Of a stretch of DNA of 11,350 nt, positions 1-4,500 are shown in pieces (position 1 is the stretch's first letter; each line of letters begins with the position of its first letter). The notes below the pieces were generated by a model that ran no database searches, was not told the DNA's origin, and saw only the letters and a program-made list of their open reading frames with translations. Source of the DNA: an uncultured Myxococcales bacterium (GTDB taxonomy: Bacteria; Myxococcota; UBA4151); assembly GCA_964013405.1 (NCBI GenBank), contig CAXGWI010000115.1, positions 1 through 11,350 of the forward strand, given 5' to 3'. Both the position numbers and the translations under genes were made by a program.

Positions 1-790
1 TGTCCTCGGCATTGTTGTTGCCATCGTCGCAGCCCTCGCCTGGGCCGATGATGCCGTCCCCACAGATGTTGGCGCTGCAGTCGGACTTGCAGGCATCTTG
101 GTCCACTTGGTTGCCGTCATCACAGGCTTCGTAACCGGGATCTTCAGCGCTTAGGTTTTGTCGCAGGATCCCATCGCCGCAGCGGGCCTCCCGGCAGTTG
201 TTTAAACAGGCATCTTCGTCCACCCGGTTGCCATCGTCGCAAGCTTCGCCCTCTTGTACGATACCGTCTCCACAGCCAGGCAATCGACACGCATTGCTGC
301 AGCCATCACTATCCACCTCGTTGCCATCGTCACAATCCTCGACGCCGAGGCGGATCAAGCCGTCACCGCAGCGGGCTTCGAGGCAGCCGGCGACGCAGGC
401 ATCGTCGTCGGCTGCGTTGCCGTCATCACAGGCTTCGAAGCCGGGCTCGCCTTCGGTGAGGTCGCTGCGGACCACACCATCGCCACAGCGCGCGTTGCGG
501 CAGGTGCTCAGGCAGACGTCGTGCTCATCGCTGTTGCCATCGTCGCATTCCTCATAGTTCGATGCCTGAGGGTCGTCGCTTTGGCGGGTGATCCCATCGC
601 CGCATTGGGGCAGTTTGCAGCCGTCGGTGCAATCGTCGGTGGCGACCTCATTGCCGTCATCGCATTCCTCATCCACCTCCAACTCACCATTGCCGCATTC
701 GCCGGGGACGTCGCGCACGACCACCTGCTCACCAGGACAGCCCATGAGGCCCAGGGCGATCAGTAGGAAACCGGAAGAGAACCACTTCAT
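1..790 (-). CDS. Cys-rich repeat lipoprotein (DUF4215 / Myxococcus cysteine-rich repeat family), 5' part only; runs off the left edge
   Basis: Not in the ORF track because there is no stop in the window; translated by hand from ATG at 790. It reads MKWFSSGFLLIALGLMGC|PGEQVVVRDVPGECGNGELEVDEECDDGNEVATDDCTDGCKLPQ-CGDGITRQSDDPQASNYEECDDGN... and stays open to position 2 (263 codons). Lipobox LMGC with Cys18, six complete CG(D/N)G..CDDGN..D.C...C repeats plus a partial seventh, and SD-like GAGGTGG just upstream. Confidence 0.93.
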   Translation of the reverse strand, partial: MKWFSSGFLLIALGLMGCPGEQVVVRDVPGECGNGELEVDEECDDGNEVATDDCTDGCKLPQCGDGITRQSDDPQASNYEECDDGNSDEHDVCLSTCRNARCGDGVVRSDLTEGEPGFEACDDGNAADDDACVAGCLEARCGDGLIRLGVEDCDDGNEVDSDGCSNACRLPGCGDGIVQEGEACDDGNRVDEDACLNNCREARCGDGILRQNLSAEDPGYEACDDGNQVDQDACKSDCSANICGDGIIGPGEGCDDGNNNAED

Positions 791-793
791 AAA

Positions 794-800
794 CCACCTC
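794..800 (-). promoter_or_regulatory. Ribosome-binding site of the 1..790 lipoprotein gene
   Basis: Minus strand reads GAGGTGG-TTT-ATG; the GAGGT core lies 5 nt before the start codon. Confidence 0.65.
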
Positions 801-936
801 AAAGCGTCGGGGCACGCCGCCACCGTGCATGCCATTATTTCCTGTCTTCCAACAAGATGGCCCGACCATGGTGATGAGTTTGTTGCGCATTCGATGGATG
901 GGGGGCGGGCCACGGCCTTCCCAGGGACCTAGAAGG

Positions 937-996
937 CGGCATGAACGAGCTCATTGTCCGCTTCTTTGAGGAGACAGCCTCGTCGATTTCATGCCG
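937..996. other. Imperfect inverted repeat or stem-loop just downstream of the 4-TM gene stop; possible terminator-like or mRNA-stabilising structure
   Basis: CGGCATGAA (937-945) and TTCATGCCG (988-996) form a perfect 9-bp inverted repeat, with inner pairs CGAG/CTCG and TGTC/GACA. An adjacent hairpin is GCCTTC (915-920) / GAAGGC (932-937). There is no U-tract. Confidence 0.35.
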
Positions 997-1007
997 ATTC
1001 GCTGGGC

Positions 1008-1460
1008 CTAGCGGAATTCGTCGAGACGAAGGCGCCGGGGGCGGTGGACCAGGAACATGGTGACGATGGTGATTCCGCTGAGGCCCACCACATACTGGGT
1101 CTCACCGGACAGCAGGGTCAGGATCAAGCCAAAGAGCGCACAGGATTCAGCCACCGCCCAGGTGATGATCAAACCGTTGACTGGTAGGGGAAAGGCTTTC
1201 TCCATCAAGACTTCTGGTGGCTCCTCCTGCGCCTTCAACTGTTTCGGCTGGGTGAGCCATCGCCGGATGAACACACTGAGGGCCAGGTTGAACAGAGCCA
1301 TCCCTGTGAGCACGATGACGAGAATCGACTCGATGGGCTCCTCCGCGGGCTCTGCGATGACGAAACCGACGATGACGTAGAAGAGTTGGGACAGGGTAAG
1401 CGCGCCCCAAAGAATGTAGGGCAACATGAGGGGGTTCGCGTTCGGCTGCGTTTCGTTCAT
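1008..1460 (-). CDS. Hypothetical integral membrane protein, 4 predicted TM helices (150 aa)
   Basis: Part of ORF 1008..1529. The preferred start is ATG at 1460 (MNETQPNANPLMLPYILWGALTLSQLFYVIVGFVI...), with AGGA upstream. Hydrophobic segments are YILWGALTLSQLFYVIVGFVI, ILVIVLTGMALFNLALSVFI, LIITWAVAESCALFGLILTLL and YVVGLSGITIVTMFLV, followed by a basic tail HRPRRLR. Confidence 0.8.
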   Translation of the reverse strand: MNETQPNANPLMLPYILWGALTLSQLFYVIVGFVIAEPAEEPIESILVIVLTGMALFNLALSVFIRRWLTQPKQLKAQEEPPEVLMEKAFPLPVNGLIITWAVAESCALFGLILTLLSGETQYVVGLSGITIVTMFLVHRPRRLRLDEFR

Positions 1461-1596
1461 CGCACTGGATCCTGTCCGCCGGGACGTTGCGGCAAAAGCC
1501 GATGGATTGGCAAGAGGCTCCTCTGCCATCTTGTCAGACTTTGCCGGCCGCTGTTAGCAGCCTGTTCGAAATCACAGTTTGCCCGGGAGTCATGCG
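1461..1596. promoter_or_regulatory. Divergent intergenic or promoter region containing a nested imperfect palindrome
   Basis: Lies between divergent starts at 1460 (-) and 1597 (+). CGGCAAA (1490-1496) / TTTGCCG (1540-1546) and TGGCAAGAGG / CCTCTGCCA (1508-1528) share a centre at about 1518. A -35-like TTGTCA is at 1531-1536 with only a weak -10. SD-like GGGAG is at 1585-1589. Confidence 0.5.
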
Positions 1597-4500
1597 ATGA
1601 TCTTCGCACTCACTAGCCTCGTGTTCAGTCTGAATGCCGCTGAACTCCAGCCGCAACTCCAAGAGGAAATTGAAAGGGCGCAAACATGGTATGCGTGGGG
1701 GCGAGACGCAAACAATCCCCAGAGTTTTTTCAACCGCTCTCGAGATCACTACGCTCGCGTTTGTGACCGCATCCTCCGCAACGCGGGGGTCTCGGCCGCT
1801 GAGGTGGAACGCATCAAGTCGAAGGCCAGCCAAGAGGACAATCCAGGCCCGAGCCACTGCGAAGTTGCGGAACAACGGGCCGTTGCCTCCCTGAGCGGGA
1901 TCGCAGCGGTGGCGCGCTTGGGTTTTGAGCAGAGCGAATGGCGCATCGACAACGCCTGGGACAGCTTTCGAAGTCGCTATCCCGGCGTTTGGTGGTTGAT
2001 CGGCGAAGATCCCACGCTGGAGTTGGTCGATGACAAGTACATGAACGCCTTTGGGCAGGCTTGGGACAAGCTGGCTGTGGGCATTCCCCTGGTTAAAGTC
2101 CCCCGACTTCCCTTCATCGTGCGCTGTCATGGTCGTCACAGTATCTGTGGCAACTACCGAGATGAGCTTCACGGTGCCACCGCTGCCAATCCCAGGCTAC
2201 ACGGCATTCCCGATGACCGAGGCCGCCAACTCCTGGGCGCAGATTGGGACCGTCTGATCGCAAGCGACGACCCTGAGACGGGGCTTGTGGTGCGACTGGG
2301 GCAGGCCATGGACGCGCCGGCTGTGATGGTTGTCGATGTGCGTGTCGCCGACGAATTCGGACTCCCATCCTCGTCGAGCGACGAAGCGCAGTACTGCGAT
2401 TTGGAGGATGGCGAGGTTCCCGACGATTGTCTGCATGTGGCTCGCACCTACATGACCTACCAAGTCACGAAGATGGCCGGTGGCAAGCCGATGGCCGGTG
2501 GCGAAGCCCATGGCGTCGCTGTCGATACGACCACTCGGACTCAAGTCCGCATGCTCTGGGGCTTGTTTTGGCTCTTGGTGGCCCTAGGCTTCGGCCTGGC
2601 CGGCGGTCTACGAGCGAAAAAGCGTAGGGGGCAGGAGAAAACGATCTATGCCTTCCAGTTAATCGCTGCAGTTGCCGCTTTTTTAGTCGGTGGATTCGTT
2701 GGGTGGATCGCCGGCGATGTCAGTGGCAATTTTGCCCCCGACTGGGCTGAGTTAGGGGCGGTTGCGGTTCCAGGGGCTCTTGAAGGGTTACCCCGTCCGG
2801 GTGTGCTCCTTTGGCCGATTGTTCATGGGCTCGTGGTTATGGTGGGCCCCGCGCTGCTCTGTGCCTTTGTCGCCATTCGCTATCTGCCGGAATGGGCCAT
2901 GGCCTGGAACACTCGCATGGATACAGATGTCATCGTGCCTGCGGCCCAAGCCGGTGCGGTAGCGACCCTCTTCGCACCTCTCTTGGCTTATGGGGTGATC
3001 GAGCCGGCATCGACAGCCTGGGGCCTTCCTTGGGAGTTACAGGTCGCGGGCTCCATCGCTATTTCCGCGGTGCTGACGAGCGTTTGGCTGAGTCGCTCGA
3101 TGATGACTTATCTGGACGTCGAGAACGACACCACCACCCTTGAGATCAGCATGCTGGTTCTCGGTCTGGTTTTGATGGCTCTCTTGCTCCCCCTCGGCTT
3201 GTTCCAGGGCAGAACCCCAGAGAGCGAGGGCTGGCACGGCCTGGTGAGCCTCTTCGTGTCTCTCGTCGCGATCGCTGGCCTTTTGGGAGTTTTCAGCAAA
3301 AAGCCACAGGCTGAGGCTGCCACGGACGAAGATGCCGGGTTGGCCGGTGGCGGTAGCGAGGGCCCGACCTTCAGTTTGAACCGGCCCCTTTTCTACAGCG
3401 ATTTACAGCACGAGGTGTTGGGGGATTCGCAACGAAGCATCACCGTTGCGGAGGAACTGGCCTTCTTGAAGCAGGAAGGCGGACTTCAAGTTTTGGTCTT
3501 AGAGTCGGTCAGTGGTGTGGGCAAGAGTCGGACGGCTGATTACCTGCGTAACGAATGGGAGCAGGGGGAGCATTGGAAGTCCGGCTACGGCACCGCCCAA
3601 GAGGGAGATGAACCCTATGCGCTGATCCAGACCGTTCTCGATGGTGTGGGGCTGACTGGGGATCTCTCGTCCCAAGAAGCCCAAATGGCTCGGAGCCAGC
3701 AGTTGGCCGAGGCCAGTGGCGAACTGATCAATATCATTCCCGGTGGGGGCCTGCTCACCTCACTCACTGGAGGCGGCGCTGAAGAGGGGAAGAGTCAGGA
3801 GCGCATTATCCACGATATCGTTCGCAAGTTGAATGATATTGGCGAGGGCGAAAAAGGTGAGAACATCCTTCTCGTCTTTGACGATGTGGAGCAGGCCGAT
3901 GAGAGCAGTTGGGCCGTCCTGAAGGGCTTGCTCGCGAAGCTAAAAGATGAAGACCGTCAAGGGGACAGAGCGCTGGCCGTGGTGCTGTGCGTCGAGAAGT
4001 CGGAGCCGACACCTGGATCGGCGGAGGCCTCGACCCAAACGATTGACACGCTGCTCAAGGAGGCTTTTGAGCGCCCGAAGGAAGAAGCGAAAATAGCAGA
4101 CGAGCGTGTCCTGAAGGTCAAGATTCCGAAACTAAATGTGGAGGAGGTGGGTCACCTTTTGGCCAATGCGGGGGTCGACCTCGGCCCAAGTCAGCGAGAA
4201 GCGATTTTGGACTTGCTGCACGAGCGCTCGAGGGAGGGCAAAGCATTCTACATCCTTGAGATCGTCCGCACACTCAAGGAGCTGGGCCATATCGTTGCCA
4301 ACCCAGACGAGGCCAACCGGTACGTCTTCGAGGATGTATCGGCTGCGGAAATCGACAAGGCGGTGCCTAAGAATATCTACGATGGCGTGATTCAGCGGCT
4401 CAAGGCCCTCGACCCTGAGGAGCGTTTAGTGCTCCACTGTGCGTCGATTTGTGGGCGCTCATTCTCTGTCACCAACATCGCTCGGGGGCTCAGTCGGCCC

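Noticed and set aside
198..932. Plus-strand ORFs 198..557, 254..766 and 588..932
   Set aside because: These are antisense shadows of the Cys-rich repeat gene; their periodic V/A/I- or S/P-rich patterns are the reverse complement of the CDDGN repeats.
1008..1460. Calling the 4-TM protein atpE or a V-type proteolipid
   Set aside because: Only one helix resembles subunit c; the Gly-rich helix, conserved loop and ATP synthase operon context are all missing.
1508..1528. TGGCA..TGC as a sigma-54 promoter
   Set aside because: The GG-to-GC spacing is not the required 10 nt on either strand.
1461..1529. Longer start (1529) for the 4-TM protein
   Set aside because: It adds a low-complexity 23-aa leader running through the palindromic intergenic region. 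The ATG at 1460 has an SD-like AGGA. The longer start is not strictly excluded.
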